64,000 bases of DNA from Tubiluchus corallicola (lineage: Eukaryota > Animalia > Priapulida). The notes under the pieces are model-generated. The model ran no database searches, had not been told where the DNA came from, and worked only from the letters and a program-made list of their open reading frames with translations. A program made the position numbers and the translations under genes. The first letter of the stretch is position 1. Every line of letters starts with the position of its first letter. The stretch covers positions 22,594-86,593 of the forward strand of contig JAQGDQ010000818.1 in the NCBI GenBank assembly GCA_030141605.1. The letters are read 5' to 3'. This document shows, in pieces, positions 51,584-63,477 of this stretch.

Positions 51584-51620
51584 ATCAGACGAGAACCGGT
51601 GTTTTCAACGTGATTTGGCC
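51584..51620 (-). other. Short 5S-like fragment (probable SINE remnant)
   Basis: atcagacgagaaccggtgttttcaacgtg.tttggcc is nearly identical to 1263-1299. Confidence 0.6.
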
Positions 51621-51934
51621 CTTAGTTAGGTCAATTACTAGTAATCTCAAATTAATACGTAATTACGTGTACTCCTTTTTCAGATCTGTTCATTGTAGAC
51701 ACTTTTTAAAACCACTTTTGAAAACTATTCTGAATTGATAATATGGCTGCTTGTATCACCGTTTGTGTTTTTCGAATAGTTAACACAGAATAGTTTTGAG
51801 GGCGATCATGTCATTAACTTAATTGGTTAGTGAGTGTCTATCATCGATTTTTTCGGTTATCGTAAAATCAGTTTATTAGTTTTATGTTCTCGAGTTGTCG
51901 TCTCAACTTTTGTTGAGAATTTTGTGAAGCGGTA

Positions 51935-53165
51935 GGGTGAAATGGCAGAGTGGTTACACCGCTTACGTGCCGATCCAGGAGATGTGGATTCAAATATTGC
52001 TCGTATAGGAATTTTCGAGCGTATGCTATCCGATCAGAAGTTTCTAGTGACCTTCCTCAGATTCAGCCTTAGCTAAGTGCCTAGTCATGTATTGGGGAAG
52101 GAGGGGTGATCGAGTGATAGACTGACCATTCGCTATCCGATCAGAACTTTCTAGTGACCTTCCTCAGATTCAGCCTTAGCTAAGTGCCTAGTCATGTAGT
52201 GGGGGAAGAGGGGTGATCGAGTGATAGACTGACCATTCGCTATCCGATCAGAATTTTCTAGTGACCTTCCTCAGATTCAGCCTTAGCTAAGTGCCTAGTC
52301 ATGTAGTGGGGGAAGAGGGGTGATCGAGTAATGGACTGACCATTCGCTATCCGATCAGAAGTTTCTAGTGACCTTCCTCAGATTCAGCCTTAGCTAAGTG
52401 CCTAGTCATGTAGTGGGGGAAGAGGGGTGATCGAGTAATGGACTGACCATTCGCTATCCGATCAGAACTTTCTAGTGACCTTCCTCAGATTCAGCCTTAG
52501 CTAAGTGCCTAGTCATGTAGTGGGGGAAGAGGGGTGATCGAGTGATAGACTGACCATTCGCTATCCGATCAGAACTTTCTAGTGACCTTCCTCAGATTCA
52601 GCCTTAGCTAAGTGCCTAGTCATGTAGTAGGGGAAGAGGGGTGATCGAGTGATGGACTGACCATTCGCTATCCGATCAGAAGTTTCTAGTGACCTTCCTC
52701 AGATTCAGCCTTAGCTAAGTGCCTAGTCGTGTAGTGGGGGAAGAGGGGTGATCGAGTGATAGACTGACCATTCGCTATCCGATCAGAACTTTCTAGTGAC
52801 CTTCCTCAGATTCAGCCTTAGCTAAGTGCCTAGTCATGTAGTGGGGGAAGAGGGGTGATCGAGTGATGGACTGACCATTCGCTATCCGATCAGAACTTTC
52901 TAGTGACCTTCCTCAGATTCAGCCTTAGCTAAGTGCCTAGTCATGTAGTGGGGGAAGAGGGGTGATCGAGTAATGGACTGACTATTCGCTATCCGATCAG
53001 AACTTTCTAGTGACCTTCCTCAGATTCAGCCTTAGCTAAGTGCCTAGTCATGTAGTGGGGGAAGAGGGGCGATCGAGTAATGGACTGACCGCCTGTCCTT
53101 CTTCGTGCCAGGTCGCCATGAATCGATGCCATAACCTCTAACTCAGTGCCTGACATCTTGTCATC
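51935..53165 (+). mobile_element. tRNA-headed SINE-like element with internal 107-bp tandem array (~10 copies, 52025-53090)
   Basis: A box TGGCAGAGTGG and degenerate B box GGATTCAAAT precede the array; period measured 52025, 52132, 52239; unique GC-rich 3' continuation after 53090. The array is certain; the SINE call is inferred. Confidence 0.65.
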
Positions 53166-53681
53166 TTTCTTCTTTTAATTGCATCAGCTTCTCATATCAT
53201 TCAGGAAACGTAAAATATTTTTTCCTTATAGTGGCCGAAATTAGAACAAGGGGTGATAATAAAAAATAACAGCAAAAATGTAGTTTGAGAATGGAACTGC
53301 CTGCTCAAAATGCTGTCTGAATCAAGTTTAAAAGAATGCAATGGGAAAACTGCTGAGGAAATTATTCTGCGCAGCAGGTTTGTTGAAATTTTCTTTTTTT
53401 AATTACGTTTTCATTTTTACGATAAGTATAATCTCATTGTGCTCACTAGTCAGATTTTTTTGTAGTTTTGTTTGGGTACCAAATAAACTTGCTTATCATG
53501 TCACCTACTTTTGGATACTTGATCATCTAAGTAGCGGTGGCAGTCAGCTTACGGAAACTGTCGCTGTCATCAACGAGGTTAATGAGATCAGAAAGAGATC
53601 GTCGTATCAACTATTTCGTAAATTGGCTCATTACTTGAATACATGCTTTGTGTTGTATTTTTTGTATATCATTTTCTAAAT

Positions 53682-54143
53682 CAGGGATGAGAATTTTCCG
53701 TGGATACGCGGAATTCCGAGTTTCTGGAAAACCAGTAGTGCCATTTTTGTAAATCGCGTAAATTCGTTGAGGACATTTTTACGGACCCAGTACATTATTT
53801 CACAAGCTGACCGCTAGTTGGCAGGGCGTGACTTTGTTTACATCACGTACATCTGTGTAAACACGTGTAGATCTCTATGTATAAAAATATAGAATCAATT
53901 GTGCGGAGTTATTTGCGTCAATTGCAGACAGTTTTTATATACTTTTGCATAGGAGCGGCTGGTACTTAGGTGTTTTTGAGACAATTAGGTATCAAGTATC
54001 CTTGATAGTTGGGTATCATGCATGAAACAAGGTAATTGATATTTTAAGTCCACTTAGGGGCTCTCTGTGGTCACAAAATTGTAATTTGTTGCTGCCTACG
54101 ACCTGTTTCAGAGTTTTTTTGCAATTTGTAATTCTCATCCCTG
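53682..54143 (+). mobile_element. TIR MITE family B, copy 4
   Basis: CAGGGATGAGAATT..AATTCTCATCCCTG. Confidence 0.87.
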
Positions 54144-54574
54144 CTAAGTGCTACGCAGTCTAGTTAAGGGTAGTAGAGTTTTAAAGAATGCACTTAAATG
54201 TATCACGCGGGATGCTTATTTATTGTAATTGTAGCCCATTGTGTGTATTTCAAGCCTCACAACAGCCGACTCCATGAACTTCTTCTAAGCTCTTTGTCTC
54301 AAAGACGCAAACCGTATGAAAAGTTTTAAACACATTTAGCAACTTCTATATAAGTAAATGATGTCCATTTGTCCACGACACCCAAAAATAGTGTATCTAC
54401 TTTATCCAAGTTGGCATAACAATTTTCTAGTTTTCCCGTCTATGTTCCCAATATCAAACCATCTTAAGTTTAGTGCGTAACCTGACCTACAGTATGAAAT
54501 ACTTACCCATTGTTTTAGTTCTTTACGGAACAGTGAGCAATTTGCAAAGACAGTGCACTTATTGCTTTGCATCT

Positions 54575-55100
54575 GAGGAACAAAAGCAAAACCGCTACTT
54601 CCTCAGAAAAATGAACACTGCAGAACACCCTACATATGATGGTGTTACATATGGCAAGAAAAGTTTCTCCTATTATGGAGCCACATTGTGGAATGAATTA
54701 CCAAACTGTCTCCGAATGGTCGATAATCTTGGGGAATTTAAACGTCTAATTAACTCATGGACTGGTGTATCATGTAAATGTGCCATTTGTAAATTTTGTT
54801 AAGTCATAATTAAATGCTGAATGTGTTAGCAGGAAAATTTTTTATTGACCTAGATAGCTTTTTGTGTAAATTTTAGAAAATGTTACTGCCTAAAATTTTT
54901 ACTGTCTCAATTCTTACTGTCTTCATGTAGTTATAAATTTTTCTTGCACCAATACCTCTGGTGGCATCCAAAAGATTTTAAGAAGTACATATTATTACCA
55001 TGTTATCGCTCATATACATTATGTTTGATATCCGTTTACGAGCTTTAAGCTCATGTTTTACAAATATGTACTTTTTTATATCATACCGATGAAAATAAAT
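54575..55100 (+). mobile_element. CR1/L2-group LINE 3' end
   Basis: RYFLR..TYGKKSFSYYGATLWNELP..LR..NLGEFKRLINSWTG..CKCAIC-type C-terminus, 3' UTR, and AATAAA directly before the (CTTAT)n tail. Confidence 0.8.
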
Positions 55101-55520
55101 CTTATCTTATCTTATCTTATCTTATCTTATCTTATCTTATCTTATCTTATCTTATCTTATCTTATCTTATCTTATCTTATCTTATCTTATCTTATCTTAT
55201 CTTATCTTATCTTATCTTATCTTATCTTATCTTATCTTATCTTATCTTATCTTATCCTATCCTATCCTATCCTATCCTATCCTATCCTATCCTATCCTAA
55301 CCTGTCCTGTCCTGTCCTGTCCTGTCCTGTCCTGTCCTGTCCTGTCCTGTCCTGTCCTGTCTTATCCTATCCTATCCTATCCTATCCTATCCTATCCTAT
55401 CCTATCCTATCCTATCCTATCCTATCCTATCCTATCCTATCCTATCCTATCCTATCCTATCCTACCTTACCTTACCTTACCTTACCTTACCTTACCTTAC
55501 CTTACCTTACCTTACCTTAT
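55100..55520. repeat. Compound pentanucleotide microsatellite (CTTAT/CCTAT/CCTGT/CTTAC)
   Basis: Direct reading. Confidence 0.95.
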
Positions 55521-55699
55521 CGTTTACTATTGTATGTGCAAATAGGAATCATCACTGCTGATGTATCATTTACTACTGTATGTGCAAATAGGAATCATCA
55601 CCACGCATGTATAATGAAAGAATTAAAACTTTGAGCTAAACTTGCGTGTCTTTTTGAGTTTGTGGGCATTTTTTCAATTATTTTTTTTGTATTAATTAG

Positions 55700-56010
55700 G
55701 TGAGGATGATCAGGATCACCAAGTGACTCAACGCAAAAAACGTCCGACTAAACGACCGCCTCCCCGAGACCGTGCCAGATCTACTCGCCGAGCTCCGCCG
55801 GAGCCAGAGGAGGAGCGACCGGCTTCTGTAGAGAGAACATTGTCGAAAGAGTGGAAGAGGCGACACATAAGAAGTTACGTGCCACTTCCGTTGCGTCTCC
55901 ACACGTCCCAGGTGGTTAAAGGTGACAGCATTCGCGATTTCATGCATGAGAAGAAGGCAGTGGAGGAGCATCGAGCTCAAGCCGAGCATGCAGACGATCA
56001 CCCACATAGG
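55700..56010 (+). CDS. Coding exon, R/P/E-rich; probably ANKRD26-like exon 11 or part of an internal isoform or separate gene
   Basis: attaattag| (G)EDDQDHQVTQRKKRP..DDHPHR |gtatgt; GC-richer than flanks; open; starts in phase 1 (compatible with exon 10) and ends in phase 0; no recognised homology. Confidence 0.68.
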
Positions 56011-56081
56011 GTATGTGTTGGTTGCTTAGTTTGCGAGTCAGTCAGTTAAAGGAAGATAGGATGTTTTTTCATATCCTACCC

Positions 56082-56517
56082 CAGGGGTGTGGAAATTATC
56101 TGACTAGCCGAGCCACATTAAACTTTCCCACAATTCCTGCAGGCCACATGCAGTTTGATCAAGGAGCCAAGTACAGAAAGGCCTAATAATGATTTTTTTG
56201 CATCCGACCTGCGTACATCATTACTACTACACTCAAGAAACTATTTTAGAAGTTATTAAAATTTATATTAGAAACCATATATTTCTACTTTCAGGACAGA
56301 TAGTGGTAATTTCATTACAATGCATATTAGTAATGTGTATCACACAGTCTGTGTAGTACAGTGACATTAAGCTACAACCGTCTTGAAAGGGTTAATGGCA
56401 TCCGATCTAGTAGAAAAAACTACCCGCACTATCTTTGGGATCGTGGCACGGACTTCAGCTGGATACACTCAATTAATCGCCCGGGCCGCACTTTCATTAG
56501 GTTGACAAATCTCTTTG
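56082..56517 (-). mobile_element. hAT-type MITE family A, copy 6 (inverted, one end truncated)
   Basis: Reverse complement of the other copies; flanks (t/c)cctaccc. Confidence 0.85.
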
Positions 56518-56775
56518 CCCTACCCCATTTTCAAGTAGGAATAATGTCATTTTTGCAGAATGTACAGAGACCCGACTTCACCGAGTTGTGCTCAATAAAT
56601 GATTTGGAAACTGATTTTGCATAAGGTGGTGTTGATGTAATTTCAGCTTCTGTGGGGGGGGGCATAGGTTTTTTTCAATCGACTGGCCCAAGAATGTTAC
56701 AAAAATTCAGCATGTGCAAAGGCTAGAGATTATTTTTGATGCTAACTGGACATTGGAAATAAATGACCACGGTGT

Positions 56776-57450
56776 GAAAGTTTTGCGTAAAAAGAATGGG
56801 ATTAATGCATCTCATACCTGACAGATTAGAAACTGTGTGTTTAGAGCAGTTGTTGATGTAGCTGCATTATGCCGTTATCCATTATTTTATTTGCTTTCAA
56901 GACACTATGCGGAATGTTCCTGCATTCTTGATAAATGTAAAAGTTTTGCGTAAAAAGAATGGGATTGATGCATCTCATACCCGACAGATTAGAAAATGTG
57001 TCTTTAGAGCAGTTGTTGATGTAGCTGCATTATGCCGTTATCCATTATTTTATTTGCTTTCAAGACACTATGCGGAATGTTCCTGCATTCTTGATAAATG
57101 TAAAAGTTTTGCGTAAAAAGAACGGGATTGATGCATCTCATACCCGACAGATTAGAAAATGTGTCTTTAGAGCAGTTGTTGATGTAGCTGCATTATGCCG
57201 TTATCCATTATTTTATTTGCTTTCAAGACACTATGCGGAATGTTCCTGCATTCTTGATAACTTGTGGCCAAATCTAATGATATTTCAGTGTCATGATATT
57301 TGAAAATGCAGATTTTACACTCAGTACTTTTGCAGGGTTCTGTTGTCCATTATTTTATTCACTTTCAAGACACTATGCGGAATGTTCCTGCATTCTTGAT
57401 AACTTGTGGCCGAATGAAAATTTTACACTCAGTACTTTTGCAGGGTTCTG
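56776..57450. repeat. Tandem repeat, 163-bp unit x3 plus rearranged partial copies
   Basis: Identical ORF starts at 56907 and 57070 give the period. Confidence 0.88.
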
Positions 57451-57631
57451 TTAGTTATTGTATTAAATGTGGATAAAGTAAAATGCTTTCTAATCTCTTC
57501 TATTCTTCAAAGTACAGATACTACTCACCCTACTTGTGAACATTCAATTTACGAACAGAAAGCAGCGCAAGTTAAAATCATGTTCGCAACAGTTCCTCAA
57601 GCCCGAATTTTGAGTTGCATGCCTTTTGCGT

Positions 57632-58050
57632 CGTTTTTCCGCAACCCATGCCGGGCCGCACCACACGCCGCCTGAGACCAGCAACGTTTTTCCGCAACCC
57701 ATGCCGGGCAGCACCACACGCCGCCCGAGAGCAGCAACGTTTTGCCGCAACCCATGCCGGGCAGCACCACACGTCGCCTGAGAGCAGCAACGTTTTTCCG
57801 CAACCCATGCCGGGCAGCACCACACGCCGCCCGAGACCAGCAGCGTTTTGCCGCAACCCATGCCGGGCAGCACCACACGCCGCCCGAGAGCAGCAACGTT
57901 TTGCCACAACCCATGCCGGGCCGCACCACACGCCGCCCGAGACCAGCAACGTTTTGCCACAACCCATGCCACGCAGCACCACACGCCGCCTGAGAGCAGC
58001 AACGTTTTTCCGCAACCCATGCCGGGCAGCACCACACGCCGCCTGAGAGA
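57632..58050. repeat. GC-rich minisatellite, 53-bp unit, ~8 copies
   Basis: ttttccgcaacccatgccgggcagcaccacacgccgcccgagagcagcaacgt. Confidence 0.93.
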
Positions 58051-58257
58051 AGCAATTTGGTAACGAGCTTTTAGTGGTAACACGTTGTTTTAGTTAGTCC
58101 ATTAGAAAATTAATCCATCGATCATCGCTGACGGCAAGCGTAAAGCAGTCTCCATGGAAACGAAGATTGCCATAATTAAGAAATTAGATTATAGAAGAAA
58201 GAAGGCAAACTTTGCATGAATCGGTGTTTTGCGTTTTCGCAAAATAACGACTTATGA

Positions 58258-58757
58258 TCAATTCATTGTACGAACAGTCTTCCAGAACGTAACTTGTTCG
58301 TAAGTTCAATTCATTATACGAACAGCCTTCTGGAATGTAACTTGTTCGTAAGTTCAATTCATTATATGAACAGCCTCCCGGAATGTAACTTGTTCGTAAG
58401 TTGTTCGTAAGTTCAATTCATTATACGAACAGCCTTCCGGAATGTAACTTGTTTGTAAGTTCAATTCATTATACGAACAGCCTTCCAGAACGTAACTTGT
58501 TTGTAAGTTCAATTCATTATACAAATAGCCTTCCGGAATGTAACTTGTTCGTAAGTTCAATTCATTATATGAACAGCCTTCTGGAATGTAACTTGTTTGG
58601 AAGTTCAATTCATTATACGAACAGCCTTCTGGAATGTATCTTGTTTGTAAGTTCAATTCATTATGCGAACAGCCTTCCGGAACGTAACTTGTTCGTAAGT
58701 TCAATTCATTATACGAACAGCCTTCCAGAACGTAACTTGTTCGTAAGTTGTTCGTAA
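58258..58757. repeat. Minisatellite, 48-bp unit, ~10 copies
   Basis: tcaattcattatacgaacagccttccggaatgtaacttgttcgtaagt. Confidence 0.92.
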
Positions 58758-59000
58758 ATTTAATGAGCTAAAATTATTATAGCGAATAATAATTTTAACT
58801 CATTAGACTTTTGCTTCGTAAGCCATTTTTGCAGAATATTCATGTACATAGCACAGCATGCAACACAGTAGCACAGCATGCAACACAGTAGCACAGCATG
58901 CAACACAGTACATAAAACTTCCAAGACTGCTAGTATATTTCCGCTTCAGTTTTTTTGTTCGCTAAATTGTAATTAGAAGATTATCAATCTGTTGTTCTAG

Positions 59001-59366
59001 GGAAGACGACATATATCTAGAGACAGAGAAAGCCCTATAAAAGAAATCTGGACTCGCCCTAGAAGAGACAAGGGTTTTGGTGGGCCATGTGAGAGACCCT
59101 ATGATTCCGACACTTCTCCTGAAAGGCCACGCAGCACTTCGCCCGACAGGGCTTCCAGAAGAGCGGAGAAACCCGAATTCAAGGAGTTTCCCGGAAAAGC
59201 CATTGAGTCATATCCGGGCGACGAACCTGGAGAAGCTGTTTTGCCCAGCAGTTACTGCCACTCGCCCGGGGGGAGCCGTAGACGGAAGCATCCAATAGGG
59301 GAACCCCATGCAGTATTGGATATGGTAGCTCAAATTGAAGAAGTAGGTCCATTTTGTTATCCACAG
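59001..59366 (+). CDS. Coding exon, probable exon 12 (donor position uncertain: 59324, 59342 or 59366)
   Basis: gttgttctag| GRRHISRDRESPIKEIWTRPRRDKG..SPERPRSTSPDRASRR..GPFCYPQ; 122 codons open in phase 0, GC-richer than flanks; not in the ORF track. Confidence 0.65.
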
Positions 59367-59849
59367 GTACCTCTTTACTGATGGGGAAGTAGTCAGGATA
59401 GGGAGTTAAGACATTTTTACCTGATAGACTTTTGAGGTACTCGATATATATATTGCAAACCTTCCAAAAATATGCATTTCAAATTTTTCTAACAATAAGT
59501 CTTTTCACAGTTCCAGCGATTGATGATGATCGTGAAAAGGTCAAAGTTTAAGTGTACCAAACGGCGCATTCGCGCACACTTGACAACACCTCGCAGCCAA
59601 TGCTGTTGTAAGAGTAACAGTTTTAATACGTTTTACTAGCTAGCTAGAACCCTATCTAGTTCATTTTTTCTTGTTTCCAAGAAAGATCCTGCTAGTAAAG
59701 CACTCTACACACAGACTAATGCAGTAATGTAATGTCCACCAAAAGCAACTGACGTTACTGAACTGATGCCACAGACAGCTTAGCTTTACCCACACGTCTC
59801 TTGCACAACGAACCTGTGAAAATGACTCGTTATACTAACATAACATAGC

Positions 59850-61995
59850 TCTTCGTCTAACTGATGTAAGACACCTGGCACACACCACAGGTGAATTCTT
59901 CATCTGGTCAATGTAAAACACCTGGCACACACCACAGGTGAATTCTTCGTCTCACCGATGTAAGACACCTGGCACATACCACAGGTGAATTCTTCGTCTG
60001 GTCAATGTAAGACACCTGACACACACCACAGGTGAACTCTTCGTCTAACTGATGTAAAACACCTGGCACACACCACAGGTGAATTCTTCGTCTGGTCGAT
60101 GTAAGACACCTGGCACACACCACAGGTCAACTCTTCGTCTGATCAATGTAAGACACCTGGCACACACCACAGGTGAATTCTTCGCCTGACTAATGTAAGA
60201 CACCTGGCACATACCACAGGTGAATTCTTCGTCTAACTGATGTAAGACACCTGGCACACACCACAGGTGAACTCTTCATCTGACCGATGTAAGACACCTG
60301 GCACACACCACAGGTCAACTCTTCGTCTGATCAATGTAAAACACCTGGCACACACCACAGGTGAATTCTTCGTCTAACTAATGTAAGACACCTGGCACAC
60401 ACCACAGGTGAACTCTTCATCTGATTGATGTAAGACACCTGGCACACACCACAGGTGAACTCTTCATCTGATTGATGTAAGACACCTGGCACACACCACA
60501 GGTGAACTCTTCATGTAACCGATGTAAGACGCCTGGCACACACCACAGGTAACCTCTTCGTCTAATCAATGTAAGACACCTGGCACACACCACAGGTGAA
60601 CTCGTCGTCTAACCGATATAAGACACCTGGCACACACCACAGGTGAACTCTTCATCTGGTTGATGTAAGACACCTGGCACACACCACAGGTGAACTCTTC
60701 GTCTGATCAATGTAAGACACCTGGCACACACCACAGGTGAACTCGTCGTCTAACCGATATAAGACACCTGGCACACACCACAGGTGAACTCTTCATCTGA
60801 TTGATGTAAGACACCTGGCACACACCACAGGTGAACTCTTCATCTGATTGATGTAAGACACCTGGCACACACCACAGGTGAACTCTTCATCTGATTGATG
60901 TAAGACACCTGGCACACACCTCAGGTGAACTCTTCGTCTGATCAATGTAAGACACCTGGCACACACCACAGGTGAATTCTTTGCCTGACTGATGTAAGAC
61001 ACCTGGCACACACCACAGGTGAACTCTTCGTCTGATCAATGTAAGACACCTGGCACACACCACAGGTGAATTCTTTGTCTGACCAATGTAAGACACCTGG
61101 CACACACCACAGGTGAACTCTTCATGTAACCGATGTAAAACACCTATCACACACCACAGGTAACCGCTTCGTCTGACCGATGTAAGACACCTGGCATACA
61201 CCACAGGTGAACTCTTCATGTAACTGATGTAAAATGCCTGGCGCACACCACAGGTGAACTCGTCGTCTAACCGATGTAAAACACCTGGCACACACCACAG
61301 GTGAATTCTTCGTCTCACCGATGTAAGACACCTGGCACATACCACAGGTGAATTCTTCGTCTGACCGATGTAAGACACCTGGCATACACCACAGGTGAAC
61401 TCTTCATGTAACTGATGTAAAATGCCTGGCGCACACCACAGGTGAACTCTTCGTCTGACCGATGTAAGACACCTGGCACACACCACAGGTGAACTCTTCG
61501 TCTGATCAATGTAAGACACCTGGCACACACCACAGGTGAATTCTTTGTCTGACCAATGTAAGACACCTGGCACACACCACAGGTGAACTCTTCGTCTGAT
61601 TGATGTAAGACACCTGACACACACCACAGGTGAACTCTTCATCTGACCGATGTAAGACACCTGGCACACACCACAGGTGAACTCTTCGTCTGACCGATGT
61701 AAGACACCTGGCACACACCACAGGTGAACTCTTCGTCTGACCGATGTAAGACACCTGGCACACACCACAGGCAAAGTCTTCGTCTGACCGATGTAAGACA
61801 CCTGGCACACACCACAGGTGAACTCTTCGTCTGACCGATGTAAGACACCTGGCACACACCACAGGTGAACTCTTCGTCTGACCGATGTAAAACACCTGGC
61901 ACACACCACAGGTGAACTCTTCGTCTGACCGATGTAAGACACCTGGCACACACCACAGGCGAAGTCTTCGTCTGACTGATGTAAGACACCTGGCA
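59850..61995. repeat. Minisatellite, 47-bp unit, ~46 copies
   Basis: gatgtaagacacctggcacacaccacaggtgaactcttcgtctgacc. Confidence 0.95.
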
Positions 61996-62188
61996 GTCAC
62001 CATTGACCAGGCATTATTGTTGTTATGTTATTATTAAGCTTCGTGTTTTTCTGAATAAAATACGTCATTTAGACAGTGGCAGGCAATATAGAAAAAAACC
62101 TGTGTTTTCAAAGAACCTTGATTTGTCAAATGATGTCCAGGACCTATTTTGCACATGCAATTTTCAGTGACGTTGATTTGATTTTCAG

Positions 62189-62297
62189 ACTTTTCCACCT
62201 GGCGGGCTTCCAATCGAGATAAGACCCTCACCAGTCGAAGCAGATGCTAAAGGAGAAACCAAGGCTCCTAAAGAAGAGGCTCCACGGGAGGTCACAG
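62189..62297 (+). CDS. Coding exon, probable exon 13; gene continues beyond the window
   Basis: attttcag| TFPPGGLPIEIRPSPVEADAKGETKAPKEEAPREVT |gttagt; phases 0 to 1. Confidence 0.62.
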
Positions 62298-62472
62298 GTT
62301 AGTAGTGTGTGTATTCAAAGCCTTCATTCTGGTTAAATTGAATGCTGTTTGATGTGACGTGAATTACATGTTGTGTGTTGTGTTTACACGCCTCTTGTCG
62401 TCTGCTTCGTGTAAACCGTTATTTTAAAAGTAGAAATGATTCTGTGGATACGTCCAAACCAATATTACAATA

Positions 62473-63477
62473 CACTGTTCCCTCACTTATCCGTTCCAGG
62501 CCCACCCGCGATAAGTGAATTTCCACAGAGTAGGGACGCTATACTTCAGGGATGAGAATTTTCGCGCAATTCCGAGTTTTTCGAAGATCAGTAGTGCCAT
62601 TTTTGTAAATCGCATAAATTCGTAGAGAAAATTTTTACGGACCCAGTACATTATTTCACAAGCTGATTGCTAGTTGGCAGGTCGTCACTTTGTTTACATC
62701 ACGTACATCAGTGTAACCACGTGTATATCTCTATGTATAAAAATATAGAATCAATTATGCGGAGTTATTTGAGTCAATTGCAGACAGTTTTTATATACTT
62801 TTGCATAGGAGCGGCCAGTACTTAGGCGTTTTTGAGACAATTAGGTATCATGTTTCCTTGATAGTTGGGTATTTTAAATTATGCATGAAACAAGGTATTT
62901 GATATTCAAAGTCCACTTAGAGGCTCTCTACGGTCACAAAATTACAATTTGTTGCTGGCTCCAAGGGGGCTCCCTTGAACCCCATTGGGGGCTTAGGTGG
63001 CCCCAAAATCCCCGGCCTGTTTCAGAGTTTTTTGCAATTTGTCATTCTCATCCCTGTATACTTATTGTGCACGTTATAACACTTATAACAAATTGCACGG
63101 TACCAATCGTGTGTTGTGTACAATCTGACGTCGGCAAGTAGCATCTCAAGCGGCCGCAAGTACTACATTTCATTTTTGGTGTGTATTCATCTGCCGAATA
63201 AATACACTATTTACTGTAAATGATAATTTTTTATGATTTATAATATTCTTTTAATGTTAGAATTAATATTTCTAATATATTTTTATACATTTTGTGTTTT
63301 TTATGCAAAATTCATCAAATCTATACATTACTGTACAATACGTACAACGCATGTGCAAATATACTTTAGACGGAGTACCGCAAAAACCCGCGAAACAGCA
63401 AAAATACCGAGATAAATATTTCACATTAATATTTTTGAAAACCCGCGAAACAGCGAGTCCGCGATAAACGAACACTG
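62473..63477. mobile_element. Tigger-like MITE hosting a family B MITE
   Basis: TA-CACTGTTCCCTCACTTATC..CCCGCGATAAGTGAA and ..CCGCGATAAACGAACACTG-TA ends. Confidence 0.6.
62547..63056 (+). mobile_element. TIR MITE family B, copy 5
   Basis: CAGGGATGAGAAT..ATTCTCATCCCTG; 7-bp direct repeat TATACTT. Confidence 0.88.

Noticed and set aside
57469-58083. GC-rich ORF cluster or CpG island
   Set aside because: Explained by the 53-bp minisatellite
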